The notes: generated from the letters alone by a model not told the origin. Shown: positions 45,125 through 53,906, counted from the first letter of the stretch. The stretch: DNA of 64,000 nt from Opitutales bacterium (GCA_965218995.1 CBDCML010000003.1:1050523-1114522); one strand, 5' to 3'. Translations and numbers: made by a program.

Positions 45125-45655
45125 AGCCGGCCTATTCCAAGAAGGATCGAGATACCCATGGAGTGTCACATTTTTCAGAATCACTGAAGCGATGGTCATT
45201 CTCCCTAAAACGACTCATCACTGGCATTTTACTAAACCTTCAGGGAAATATTTTGAAAAAGTTGCTCGATAAGAACTCTCCGGCAGGAAATCCGGAAATT
45301 AATCCACAAGGCCGAATGTCTCACTACGGAACGAATAAAGCATGGCGCCAGTCGGGGTCATGTCGTAGAAAAGTGATGCCTGTCGGGGTCAGTCGTTGAT
45401 TTTTGACATGTCCCCATGTTGAAAATAAATGCCTGACCCCTTTGCGCATGCAGGAAGGGGTCAATTCTTAAATCCTGCATTGGCATGCACGATTACAAGA
45501 AATGACCCCGACGGGGCGGTATTCCGTTGTACTCCATACACTTTTACAAGACGACTGACCCTGTAAGGCATAACTTTTTACGTCTTGACCCCTTCCTTTT
45601 CCGAGGCAGCCATATGTTCGGAAAATGGCTTAACTAAGCAGCATTCGGGTCAGGT
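45125..45655 (+). repeat. long direct repeat copy 2 (~215-bp unique part plus family-A modules, A3)
   Basis: See 38295-38735. It carries an extra ~75-bp insertion at about 45381-45455. Confidence 0.85.
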
Positions 45656-45722
45656 CGGAAAATCGTGCCCGCAAGGCATATCTTCGCCATTCCGGAACAG
45701 GTCAAAATTCTTCTACATGATT

Positions 45723-45932
45723 AGCCCGCATATCTCACAAAATTCGTAGCGAGCGAACGAAGATCGAGTGCTGGTGTGTGCTTCGCGCTGATGAGCGGGT
45801 GAAGCTGGGTCGACACCCTGCAAAGTCGCGAATCCAACGAAGTCCGCACCAGTGCCTGCCTGTCCGGCCGTAGCCCTTGGGCGAAGCCGGATATTCCGGA
45901 GCCCAGTAGAAGATTTGTGAGATATGCGGGTT
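45723..45932. repeat. family-B MITE (~210 bp), copy B1
   Basis: TIRs are cccgcatatctcacaaa and tttgtgagatatgcggg. The interior aligns, inverted, with 57050-57260. A one-ended partial copy lies at about 8296-8355. Confidence 0.8.
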
Positions 45933-45942
45933 AGCGCCTTTG

Positions 45943-47451
45943 CTATTCGTAGGTCCACTTCAGGATCCAGGGATCGTCCGTGGATTCCTGGTAGGTTTTC
46001 AACTTTTCCTGCAGACCTTCCAGGATTTGGGCGTATTTCGGGTCGTGGGCAAGGTTCTTGGCTTCGTAGTCCATCCCACTCAAATCGTAGAGCTCCCATT
46101 TCGGACGTTTCACGTATTGGTCCACCGTTATCATTCCGTAGGGAGCCGTGGGTCCCTTGTCCAGTTGAGCCTGCCAGGTTGAGGAGGCCCAGAGGTCCGA
46201 TGCAAAAGGGTAGGGGAGTCCATGGGCAATATTCCAAATCAACTTGTACTGGCCATTGAAAACGGAGCGCATGGGGTAATACATCTGAATTTCGTGGAAG
46301 GTATGGGATGCGAACACCACCTCCCAGTGACGGGCCTGCGCATTGCCCAATATTCCGATCCAGGATTTTCCGTGGTATCTGCTGTATTCGCCTCGCCCCA
46401 AATTCTCCATATGGACGTAGGATTTGTCTTTCCAGTATTCGCCGGCCCGGATCAGATGCTTTGGCGCGTTCTTATCCCGGTCCAAACCACCGGCAAAGTC
46501 CAGCAGCGAGGGGGTGATATCGATGTGGCTGATCATGGCCGTCGATACGACACCCCGGCTTTCTTCGTAAGGATTCCGCACGACAAAGGGAACCTGGAGT
46601 CCTCCTTGGTAGATAGTGGTCTTGGCCCCGGCAAAGGCCATGCCGTGATCGGAGGTAAAGACGATGAGGGTTTTATCGTATAGATCGTTATCTTCCAGAA
46701 TTTCGATCAAGCGTCCCACCCCCTGATCGATACGGGCACAACTTTGGTAGTATTGAGCCAGTTCACTTCGGCATTCCGGGGTATCCGGCAGGAAAGGCGG
46801 AACCACCACCTCGTCCGGCCCGAAAAAAACTTCCTCCACTCCCGGGCGAATCCCGCGCTCGGGAAGATTGCCAAACAAATCGGGTTTCAGGTCGCCGGAG
46901 TAGTTCTGGTCAGTTCCGCCGCCCCGATGGGGATCAGAAGTGGCAAAATAGAGAAAGAACGGCCTTTCGTCTTCCCGATCGGCGATGAAGTTGCGCGAAG
47001 CCTCGGCCATGGCGACGGCGTTCCTGGGGTTGCCCTGCAGGTAGGTCTCGAAGCGAAACACTTCCTCGGGAGCTACGTGGTATTTTCCAATTTGGGCGGT
47101 GCGATATCCGGCGTGGGCCAAAACCCGGGGGAGGGCCAGGCTGACCACATTGCGAAATGACTCAAACTTGTGAAAGTCGTGGGTGTGACCATATTGGCCG
47201 TTGTGGTGATTGTGCAAACCGGACATCACTACGGAGCGGCTGGCCGAGCAACTGGCCGTGGTGGCATAGGCCCGGGTAAATCGGGTTCCGTCCGCTGCCA
47301 ATCGGTCCACGTGGGGGGAAACCGCTATGGGATCGCCGTAACACCCCAAGGTCGGGCTCTCGTCATCCGTAATAATAAATATGATGTTTTTTTCGGCGGC
47401 GAACGAACTGGCCGCAAACAGGAGGAGAATCAAGTGGTTGAAATGTCTCAT
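45943..47451 (-). CDS. sulfatase (N-sulfoglucosamine sulfohydrolase-like), secreted
   Basis: Signal peptide, then NIIFIITDDESP and CSASRS (a C-x-A/P-x-R signature). Confidence 0.88.
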   Translation of the reverse strand: MRHFNHLILLLFAASSFAAEKNIIFIITDDESPTLGCYGDPIAVSPHVDRLAADGTRFTRAYATTASCSASRSVVMSGLHNHHNGQYGHTHDFHKFESFRNVVSLALPRVLAHAGYRTAQIGKYHVAPEEVFRFETYLQGNPRNAVAMAEASRNFIADREDERPFFLYFATSDPHRGGGTDQNYSGDLKPDLFGNLPERGIRPGVEEVFFGPDEVVVPPFLPDTPECRSELAQYYQSCARIDQGVGRLIEILEDNDLYDKTLIVFTSDHGMAFAGAKTTIYQGGLQVPFVVRNPYEESRGVVSTAMISHIDITPSLLDFAGGLDRDKNAPKHLIRAGEYWKDKSYVHMENLGRGEYSRYHGKSWIGILGNAQARHWEVVFASHTFHEIQMYYPMRSVFNGQYKLIWNIAHGLPYPFASDLWASSTWQAQLDKGPTAPYGMITVDQYVKRPKWELYDLSGMDYEAKNLAHDPKYAQILEGLQEKLKTYQESTDDPWILKWTYE

Positions 47452-47621
47452 CGTCTCATTATGGGTCGGGAAAGCGTTTTGATCCGGTTGACCGAACGGG
47501 CAGGTGGAAAAATTCGTCCTTCCTTGGCTTTCATTTTCAGATATTCTTTGAGGGGTTATACTTGCTTTTGCAATTTTCGGAATAATAAAGTCTCGATCCG
47601 CGTGGAATTTAACGCTGAGTT

Positions 47622-49274
47622 TTGAGATTCCAGGTTATGAATAAGACCTTGCTTATAGATTCCAGGGACACCGTCGCGGTAGCCCTTCAAACCTTGTTCC
47701 CCGCAACTGAGGTTGTGAACGGCTTGAAGACCTTGGAAACCATACCGGCAAAACATAAAGTAGCTTTGAGGACGTTTGAACCGGGCGATGCCATTCACAT
47801 GTATGGAGTGACGGTGGGTTCGGCCACGGGATTGATTCCGGCTGGTGGATTGCTCACCACGGAAAATGTCGAACACCGGATCGACCCCTTTTCCGCCGCT
47901 GAACGACAGCCCCGGAACGATTGGAAACCTCCGGACGTTGGAAAATGGTCCAATCGGACCTTTCTCGGTTACCACCGCCACAACGGCCAAGTTGGAACCG
48001 CCAACCTTTGGCTGGTCATACCGTTGGTGTTTTGTGAGAACCGCAATGTCGAAGCCATGCGGGAAGCGGTCGCCGAAACTCTGGGGGCCGATCGAAGCAG
48101 CCGTTACCAACGCCTCTTCAAGCGATTGGCTTTTCTGTGGGAACGGGGAGCGAGCCCGGAGGAGATAATGGCGCAGGACTTGCCTGAGGAAGAGGCCAAG
48201 CCTCCCAGCCTCTTTCCCAACGTGGATGGGGTTAAATTTCTCATTCACGGACAGGGTTGCGGCGGAACCGGCCAGGACGCCGCTTCCCTCTGCGGGCTTT
48301 TGGCCGGATATGCAACCCATCCCAACGTGGCCGGAGTGACCGTTCTCAGCCTGGGTTGTCAAAAGGCGGAGCTGCGGATTCTGGAAGATGAAATCGCCCG
48401 GCGCGATCCTCAATTCTGCAAGCCTTTCCATGTTTATACCCAACAGAAGAGCCCCTCCGAACAGGCCATGCTGACCGAGGCCCTGAAACGGATCTTTCTG
48501 GGCCTCGATGAAATAGGAAAATTCGAGCGGGAACCGGCTCCCTTATCCGCCCTTACTATTGGAATGGAGTGCGGCGGATCGGATGGATTTTCCGGGATTT
48601 CCGCTAATCCCTGCCTGGGGCGAGTGGCCGATAACGTAGTGGCCTTGGGAGGGAAATCCATTTTGTCCGAATTTCCCGAACTCTGCGGGGTCGAAGGGGA
48701 ACTGCTCAACCGCTGTAGAACGAATGAATCAGCCGAGCGGTTTGAATTTCTCATGCGCCTCTATGAAAGCCGCGCCCAGGAGGTTGGGACGGGGTTCCAT
48801 CTGAATCCGTCTCCCGGCAACCTCGCAGACGGATTGATCACCGATGCCATAAAATCCGCCGGAGCGGCAAAGAAGGGTGGAACTTCCCCCATTGTCGACG
48901 TTTTGGATTACCCGGAATGGGCCAAGGAGCCTGGTCTCAGCTTGCTCTGCACTCCGGGAGGCGACGTCGAATCAACCACCGCCATGGCCGGGGCCTGGGC
49001 AAACGTAATGATCTTCACCACCGGTTTGGGAACGCCCACCGGCAATCCCGTGACTCCCGTAATCAAAGTGGCCACCAATTCCGAAATGGCCCATGCCCTG
49101 AGGGATATTATCGATTTTGATGGCGGTCCCATTATCCGGGGACAAACATCCATTGCGGAATTGGGGGACGCTTTGTTCGATCTGGTTATTGAAGTGGCCA
49201 GCGGAAAACAAACCTGTGCCATGCGCCTGGGTCAGGACGATTTTCTTCCCTGGAAGCGGGGCGTCTCGCTTTAG
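47622..49274 (+). CDS. uxaA: altronate dehydratase / UxaA-family hydrolyase
   Basis: 550 aa with an N-terminal SAF-like domain (DTVAVALQTL...) and a C-terminal GD_AH_C-like region. The start may instead be MNKTLL at 47637. Confidence 0.85.
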   Translation: MRFQVMNKTLLIDSRDTVAVALQTLFPATEVVNGLKTLETIPAKHKVALRTFEPGDAIHMYGVTVGSATGLIPAGGLLTTENVEHRIDPFSAAERQPRNDWKPPDVGKWSNRTFLGYHRHNGQVGTANLWLVIPLVFCENRNVEAMREAVAETLGADRSSRYQRLFKRLAFLWERGASPEEIMAQDLPEEEAKPPSLFPNVDGVKFLIHGQGCGGTGQDAASLCGLLAGYATHPNVAGVTVLSLGCQKAELRILEDEIARRDPQFCKPFHVYTQQKSPSEQAMLTEALKRIFLGLDEIGKFEREPAPLSALTIGMECGGSDGFSGISANPCLGRVADNVVALGGKSILSEFPELCGVEGELLNRCRTNESAERFEFLMRLYESRAQEVGTGFHLNPSPGNLADGLITDAIKSAGAAKKGGTSPIVDVLDYPEWAKEPGLSLLCTPGGDVESTTAMAGAWANVMIFTTGLGTPTGNPVTPVIKVATNSEMAHALRDIIDFDGGPIIRGQTSIAELGDALFDLVIEVASGKQTCAMRLGQDDFLPWKRGVSL

Positions 49275-49310
49275 GCGTTCACCGTTGCCATCACCAACCT
49301 GCCTGTGAGG

Positions 49311-49387
49311 TGGCACACCCCACAGGAGTCGAACCTGTAACCTCCTGATCCGTAATCAGGTGCTCTATCCAATTGAGCTAGGGGTGC
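49311..49387 (-). tRNA. tRNA-Arg (anticodon ACG)
   Basis: Cloverleaf folded by hand: GCACCCC/TA/GCTC-AATTGGATA-GAGC/A/CCTGA-TTACGGA-TCAGG/AGGTT/ACAGG-TTCGACT-CCTGT/GGGGTGT/G-CCA. Confidence 0.9.
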
Positions 49388-49420
49388 AGAAAGGGAAATG
49401 ACGTAAATCAGGGAGGCGAA

Positions 49421-49624
49421 GGGGGTCAATTCTTAAATCCCGCATGGGCATGCAAGGTTTTCCGGCCTGTACGGTGAAAAGGGGGTCAGGTCCGAATGGC
49501 GCTTAGTTAAGCGCGTTTGTAGAGGAATATAGTATGGACGCCAGTCGGGGTCATGCCGTAGAAAAGTGATGCCTTCCGAAAGAAAAGGGTCCTGTAAGGC
49601 ATAACTTTTTCCGACCTGACCCCG
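49421..49624. repeat. family-A mosaic repeat, copy A4
   Basis: Contains gggggtcaattcttaaatcc, the uninterrupted palindromic core gaatggcgcttagttaagcgcgtttgtagagg, and ...ggggtcatgccgtagaaaagtgatgcc... Confidence 0.8.
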
Positions 49625-49654
49625 AACAGCGGTATATACTGGCTCCGGTTACAC

Positions 49655-50017
49655 CTAAACCGTTTTGGGAAAAACGGCCGGAATTTCTACGCGGTGGGTT
49701 TCCTTTCGCTTAACCCGGTTGAGTCGCGATTTGCGGCGCAGCATGCGGTCCAGCTTATCCACCATGAAATCGATTGACTTGTAGAGATCGTCACTTTCCG
49801 CCGCAACGTTCAAACCCGGACCCCGTTTTTCAATGTGACCCTTGGCGATAAACTCTTTTTTGCGGGTGACGTTCTGGTTGTATTCGAGTTCCACTCTAAT
49901 TCGAATGATATGGTGTTCGTGGTGAAAAAGTTTCTGGGCCTTTTCCCGCACGATTCTTTTCAGAGACTCCGTCAACTCGAGGTGACGGCCAGTGATTATT
50001 ACCTCATTACTGTGCAT
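49655..50017 (-). CDS. hpf: ribosome hibernation promoting factor (HPF/RaiA family)
   Basis: 120 aa, IITGRHLELTESLKRIVREKAQKL...IRVELEY... Confidence 0.88.
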   Translation of the reverse strand: MHSNEVIITGRHLELTESLKRIVREKAQKLFHHEHHIIRIRVELEYNQNVTRKKEFIAKGHIEKRGPGLNVAAESDDLYKSIDFMVDKLDRMLRRKSRLNRVKRKETHRVEIPAVFPKTV

Positions 50018-50301
50018 ATTTGTTATCCTTGGTTTGGGGTTAAATTCTGAGGCGGAACGGTTTTGGGGAAGGGTATCCGGACGGATGGGGAATGGGGACG
50101 AGTTCCCGAATTATTGGCATCAAACGGCAATCAATTTTGAGATACGGGAACATTTTACAGGGATTTATCAAAAAAATTAACTAGATTTTGGCAAAATTGC
50201 AACCCCTCAGACCCGGAAATATAAACCTCCATGGGTTCGACCGGTTGGGAGAATAATAGGCCGATTTGTGGGCATTATCGCCCTATTTTTGCAAATATGG
50301 C

Positions 50302-50356
50302 TTTACAAATGAAGCTATTCCGTTACATTTGTGACCAAAATGTTACAATTGTAACA
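50302..50356 (+). promoter_or_regulatory. three TTACA-N2-4-TGTAA-like boxes phased at exactly 20 bp
   Basis: Boxes are tttacaaatgaag (50302), gttacatttgtgac (50322) and the perfect 16-bp palindrome tgttacaattgtaaca (50341-50356). They end 11 nt before the ATG at 50368. Confidence 0.45.
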
Positions 50357-50367
50357 AAGCATATCCC

Positions 50368-50745
50368 ATGAAAACACTCTTGATTACTGTTCTCTCTTTT
50401 CTGTTCCTAGGCATTGCCGCTGCAGTTGGCAATTCGAAGGAAAGCGACCATAAGAAATCTCTCGTTCACAACATGGTGGGTCCGATAACTGCCAAAGCGG
50501 AGGAACCGGTATTACCCAGGAACCTGTTGAAACCGGGTGAATCGGCAGAAATCGTCATCTGCGCTGCTATCGACCAAGACGGGGATCTGGTTAATGCCAG
50601 AACCATTTCCACTACGCACAAAGAGTTGGAAAAGATTGTTATTGAAAGCCTGGAAAAGTGGGAATTCCGTCCCGCCATGCTCAATGGAAAACCGGTAAAA
50701 TCGCGGGTGGATATTCCATTCAAATTCGTGTTGGCCAAAAACTAG
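50368..50745 (+). CDS. small secreted TonB C-terminal domain protein
   Basis: Signal peptide, then ...ICAAIDQDGDLVNARTISTTHKELEKIVIESLEKWEFRPAMLNGKPVKSRVDIPFKF. Confidence 0.7.
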   Translation: MKTLLITVLSFLFLGIAAAVGNSKESDHKKSLVHNMVGPITAKAEEPVLPRNLLKPGESAEIVICAAIDQDGDLVNARTISTTHKELEKIVIESLEKWEFRPAMLNGKPVKSRVDIPFKFVLAKN

Positions 50746-50780
50746 GGCAAGAAAAGGGTCAGCCCTGAATGGCGCTTAGT

Positions 50781-52628
50781 TAGAGCCTATCCCAGGAGGT
50801 TTAAGCCACTGACGGGCAAGGGATTAGGCTAAGAAAAAGTCGGGCGAAAGGAGGTGAAAATCCTCGATTCGCCCTGAATAGAGCTTCTATAATTTGGTAT
50901 GAACGAATTAATAGAACCCAATTCTGCTGATACGGTAACCTTTCAAAGTTTTCTTCGTCCAGCTTTAACCCCGGTTTTGCGCAATCGTGATTATGACCGT
51001 CTGGTGGAGGATTTGCGGCAACTCGATGATAATCTGACCCAAGGTGGGTTGGAAGAAATGGCCATCCGCTTCGGTTTGTCGCAGTTGCCGCCGGGCGCCT
51101 CGGGCGCTGTGCGCAACAGGAAAGCGCAGTTTGCGCTTTCCTCGCTACGGGTGGAGTTGCTGCGTCATTTGCTGGGTCTTCCAGGCTTTGAAGCTTTTTC
51201 CATGACGTTGGCCAGCAGTGATCTTTTGACCGATTTTTGCGGATGCCGCAGTCTGGTTGGGGTGAGGTGGACCTCGAAGAGTACGCTGCACCGCGCCTCG
51301 AAGTTGTTCACCGATGAACAGTTGCGCGGGTTCAACACACGGTTGGTTGAGCTCGCGGGCGATCAGAGCAATTGCTGGCAACTGGGAGTGGAGCAGGCGG
51401 AGGATCTTTCGGTTTGCCTGGTCGATTCGACCTGTCTGGAGGCAAACATTCACTTTCCGGTCGATTGGGCGCTTTTGGGTGACGTGACGCGCACCTTGCT
51501 CAAAGCGGTGAAACTGATTCGGGCTGAATCCCTGTTGCATCGGATGCCCGATTCACCGGATCGCCTGCTGAGGCGCATGAACAAGCTCTGTATCGAGATG
51601 ACGCATACTTACCGCAAGAAGGGAGCGGCGAAGGCTCGCAAGAAGATCTTGCGCAAGATGAAACGATTACTCAAACGGGTCGGCGCTCACGCCCTGCGAC
51701 ACCGCAATCTGCTGGAGGCCCGTTTCAGGCAAACCCGTTTTAGCCGAGCCCGCGCCGAACAAGTCATCAGGCGTATTGATGAACAACTCGCCTTGCTGCC
51801 CCAAGTAATTGAGCAAGCCCACGAACGCATCATCGGCGGACGTCTGGTCAAAAACCACAAGAAGATCCTCAGTGTCTACGAAAGAGATATCACTGTAATC
51901 GTGCGGGGCAAGGCGGGCGCGCAGACCGAGTTCGGCAACGAACTGTTTATGGCCGAGAGTCCCGGCGCAATGATCATTGATTATATGCTCTACGGCAAAA
52001 CCGCTCCTTGGGAGGGAGATAAATTAATCGAAAGCGTGCAGCGCCAACAGTCCCTCAAAAGGCAACAAGACCTGGAGTGGGCCGTGGCCGACCGGGGCTT
52101 CGATGGGGCAGCTACACGTAAGGCATTGCAGCGGGTGAGGGTGAGCAGCCACATTTGTCCGAAAAGTCCGGTCGCATTGGAAGCCCGCCTCAAGGAGCCT
52201 GATTTTTACCGCTGGCAAACCCGCCGGGCCAGCACCGAGGCGCGCATTGCCATTGTGAAAAACCACGGCGGCGGACGTGTCTGGCGCGCCAAAGGCTTAA
52301 AACACCGCAGGCTCGCAGTGGGGTGGAGCGTGCTCGCCCACAACCTCGCCTGGATCAGTCGAAAAGTCAGAAAAGAGAGGGTCGAAGCTCAAGCTAAGGC
52401 GGCTTGAGCCTTCGGCGCCGTCCCACGCGCTGATCAAAACAGAAGGCGCCAGCAGTGGCAAGGCCGCCGCATGCCCGAAATCCGGCATCAGGCTCAATAA
52501 TTTGAATCCGGGTGAGTTTGAAAGCCGCAGCAAGGCTCGAATCGAGCGCAACTGAGAAAATTTTGGTCCTGCAAATGCTGCTCGTTTTCCTACTCGTTTA
52601 AAAATCCCGGTTTCTGGGATAGACTCTA
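50781..52628 (+). mobile_element. IS4/IS5-superfamily insertion sequence, copy 2 (complete, 1848 bp)
   Basis: The imperfect TIRs tagagcctatcccagg and ctgggatagactcta match at about 14 of 16 positions. Single transposase ORF. Inserted in the palindromic core of a family-A repeat. Confidence 0.88.
50899..52407 (+). CDS. DDE transposase (DDE_Tnp_1-type)
   Basis: 502 aa. Candidate DDE triad: LVDSTCLEANIHFPVDW, AVADRGFDG and RASTEARIAIVKN. Confidence 0.85.
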   Translation: MNELIEPNSADTVTFQSFLRPALTPVLRNRDYDRLVEDLRQLDDNLTQGGLEEMAIRFGLSQLPPGASGAVRNRKAQFALSSLRVELLRHLLGLPGFEAFSMTLASSDLLTDFCGCRSLVGVRWTSKSTLHRASKLFTDEQLRGFNTRLVELAGDQSNCWQLGVEQAEDLSVCLVDSTCLEANIHFPVDWALLGDVTRTLLKAVKLIRAESLLHRMPDSPDRLLRRMNKLCIEMTHTYRKKGAAKARKKILRKMKRLLKRVGAHALRHRNLLEARFRQTRFSRARAEQVIRRIDEQLALLPQVIEQAHERIIGGRLVKNHKKILSVYERDITVIVRGKAGAQTEFGNELFMAESPGAMIIDYMLYGKTAPWEGDKLIESVQRQQSLKRQQDLEWAVADRGFDGAATRKALQRVRVSSHICPKSPVALEARLKEPDFYRWQTRRASTEARIAIVKNHGGGRVWRAKGLKHRRLAVGWSVLAHNLAWISRKVRKERVEAQAKAA

Positions 52629-53106
52629 GTTAAGCGCGTTTGTAGAGGAATATAGTATGGACGCCAGTCGGGGTCATGCCGTAGAAAAGTGATGCCTTCC
52701 GAAAGAAAAGGGTCAGGTCTTAAAAACTGTATTCCGTTGTACTCCATACACTTTTACAAGACAACTGACCCTGTAAGGCATAACTTTTTACGTCTTGACC
52801 CCTTCCTTCTCCGAGATGATCGAACATTCCTAAAGTCGCTTAACTAAGCGCCATTCGGGTCAGCCCTGAATGGCGCTTAGTTAAGCGACTTTGTAGAGGA
52901 ATATAGTATGGACGCCAGTCGGGGTCATGCCGAGAAGTTCGCAAAGCTCACAAATTAGGAATTAGGAATTATCGGGGAAGGGGTCAATTCTTAAATCCTG
53001 CATTGGCATGCACGATTACAAGAAATGACCCCGACGGGGCGGTATTCCGTTGTACTCCATATACTTTTACAAGACGATCCGCCTTTCGGCGTGACCTGCT
53101 GACCCT
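52629..53106. repeat. family-A mosaic repeat cluster (A5), right part; left part at 50750-50780
   Basis: Several modules are present, including the head-to-head palindrome gtcgcttaactaagcgccattcgggtcagccctgaatggcgcttagttaagcgac at about 52836-52890. Confidence 0.85.
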
Positions 53107-53156
53107 TTTCCCAGGACTTCATCCGGCGGAAATGCCGGATTGCAAACCGGGTAAAA

Positions 53157-53411
53157 ATGACTGGAATTGCGCAAAAAAATAGTGATAATCACCGTATGAC
53201 TTTGATTGAGGAAATCGTCGCAGGCGTAAAAAGTCTGCCCGTGGAGAAACAAGAGCAGGCTTACCGCTTTGTTCATGATCTGCATGAACAAACTCTGCGG
53301 GAGCGTCGGACGACTTTGGACAGGGCTTTTGGAAGACTCAGTCTTGAAGAGGTCAAGGAATGGGAACGAAACGCCCAATCCTGTAGAAAGATCGATGTCG
53401 AAAGTTGGTGA
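53157..53411 (+). CDS. type II antitoxin (VapB-like; DUF2281-like N-terminus)
   Basis: 84 aa. The start may be the internal Met at 53196. Its stop overlaps the vapC start region. Confidence 0.6.
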   Translation: MTGIAQKNSDNHRMTLIEEIVAGVKSLPVEKQEQAYRFVHDLHEQTLRERRTTLDRAFGRLSLEEVKEWERNAQSCRKIDVESW

Positions 53412-53793
53412 GTCCCTGCTTCTGGACACCAGCGTAATCATCGCCGGGTTTAAGCGGGATCAGCAAGTCCGGTACGTACTGGGCAAGGCTGAAACGCTTT
53501 ACGTTCCGGTGATCGCCTACGGTGAACTTTACACCGGCGCTCTGAAATCGGATGCATCTGAACAAAAACTGGAGCAACTGGGCGAGTTCATGAAGGCAAC
53601 CGCCCTTCTGGACATTGATTGGCGAACCGCCCAGCATTACGCGGTCCTGCGCAAGCAACTTGAACTCAAGGGTAAACCGATCCCCGAAAATGATATATGG
53701 ATCGCGGCGTTGGCTCAGCAACATGACCTGAAGCTGTATACTCAAGATACGCATTTTGAACGCATCGATACCTTGCGACTCGTAAAAACCTGA
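53395..53793 (+). CDS. vapC: PIN-domain toxin VapC
   Basis: LLLDTSVIIAGF... (first PIN Asp), ...IPENDIWIAALA..., ...LYTQDTHFERI. The ATG at 53395 overlaps the antitoxin 3' end. Confidence 0.85.
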   Translation: MSKVGESLLLDTSVIIAGFKRDQQVRYVLGKAETLYVPVIAYGELYTGALKSDASEQKLEQLGEFMKATALLDIDWRTAQHYAVLRKQLELKGKPIPENDIWIAALAQQHDLKLYTQDTHFERIDTLRLVKT

Positions 53794-53906
53794 ATCAGAA
53801 CACACGGGTCAACCAATAGCATGGGGGCGGACTCTCATGCCAAAAAAGAGAAAAATGTGGTTCTTTGCAGGGGGGCAAGAAAAGGGTCAGCCCTTCGAGC
53901 GGTGTT

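Noticed and set aside
45713-46237. 174-aa minus-strand ORF
   Set aside because: It spans the family-B MITE and an out-of-frame reading of the 3' end of the sulfatase gene on the same strand. It is a repeat-derived artefact.
47556-48443. 295-aa minus-strand ORF opposite uxaA
   Set aside because: An antisense shadow ORF. The plus-strand 550-aa UxaA reading has clear family features and this one has none.
1-52628. The two IS copies forming a 52-kb composite transposon
   Set aside because: The enclosed DNA includes core genes (sdhCAB, tRNA-Arg, hpf, uxaC/uxaA). Copy 2 shows its own local insertion signature inside a repeat. Independent insertions, with inversion potential, are more parsimonious.
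52629-53106. Possible CRISPR array in the dense repeat clusters (also 45341-45655 and 38511-38735)
   Set aside because: The units are heterogeneous modules in both orientations, with no constant repeat length and no regular repeat-spacer period. Identical 'spacers' recur at other loci. I found no array anywhere in the window.
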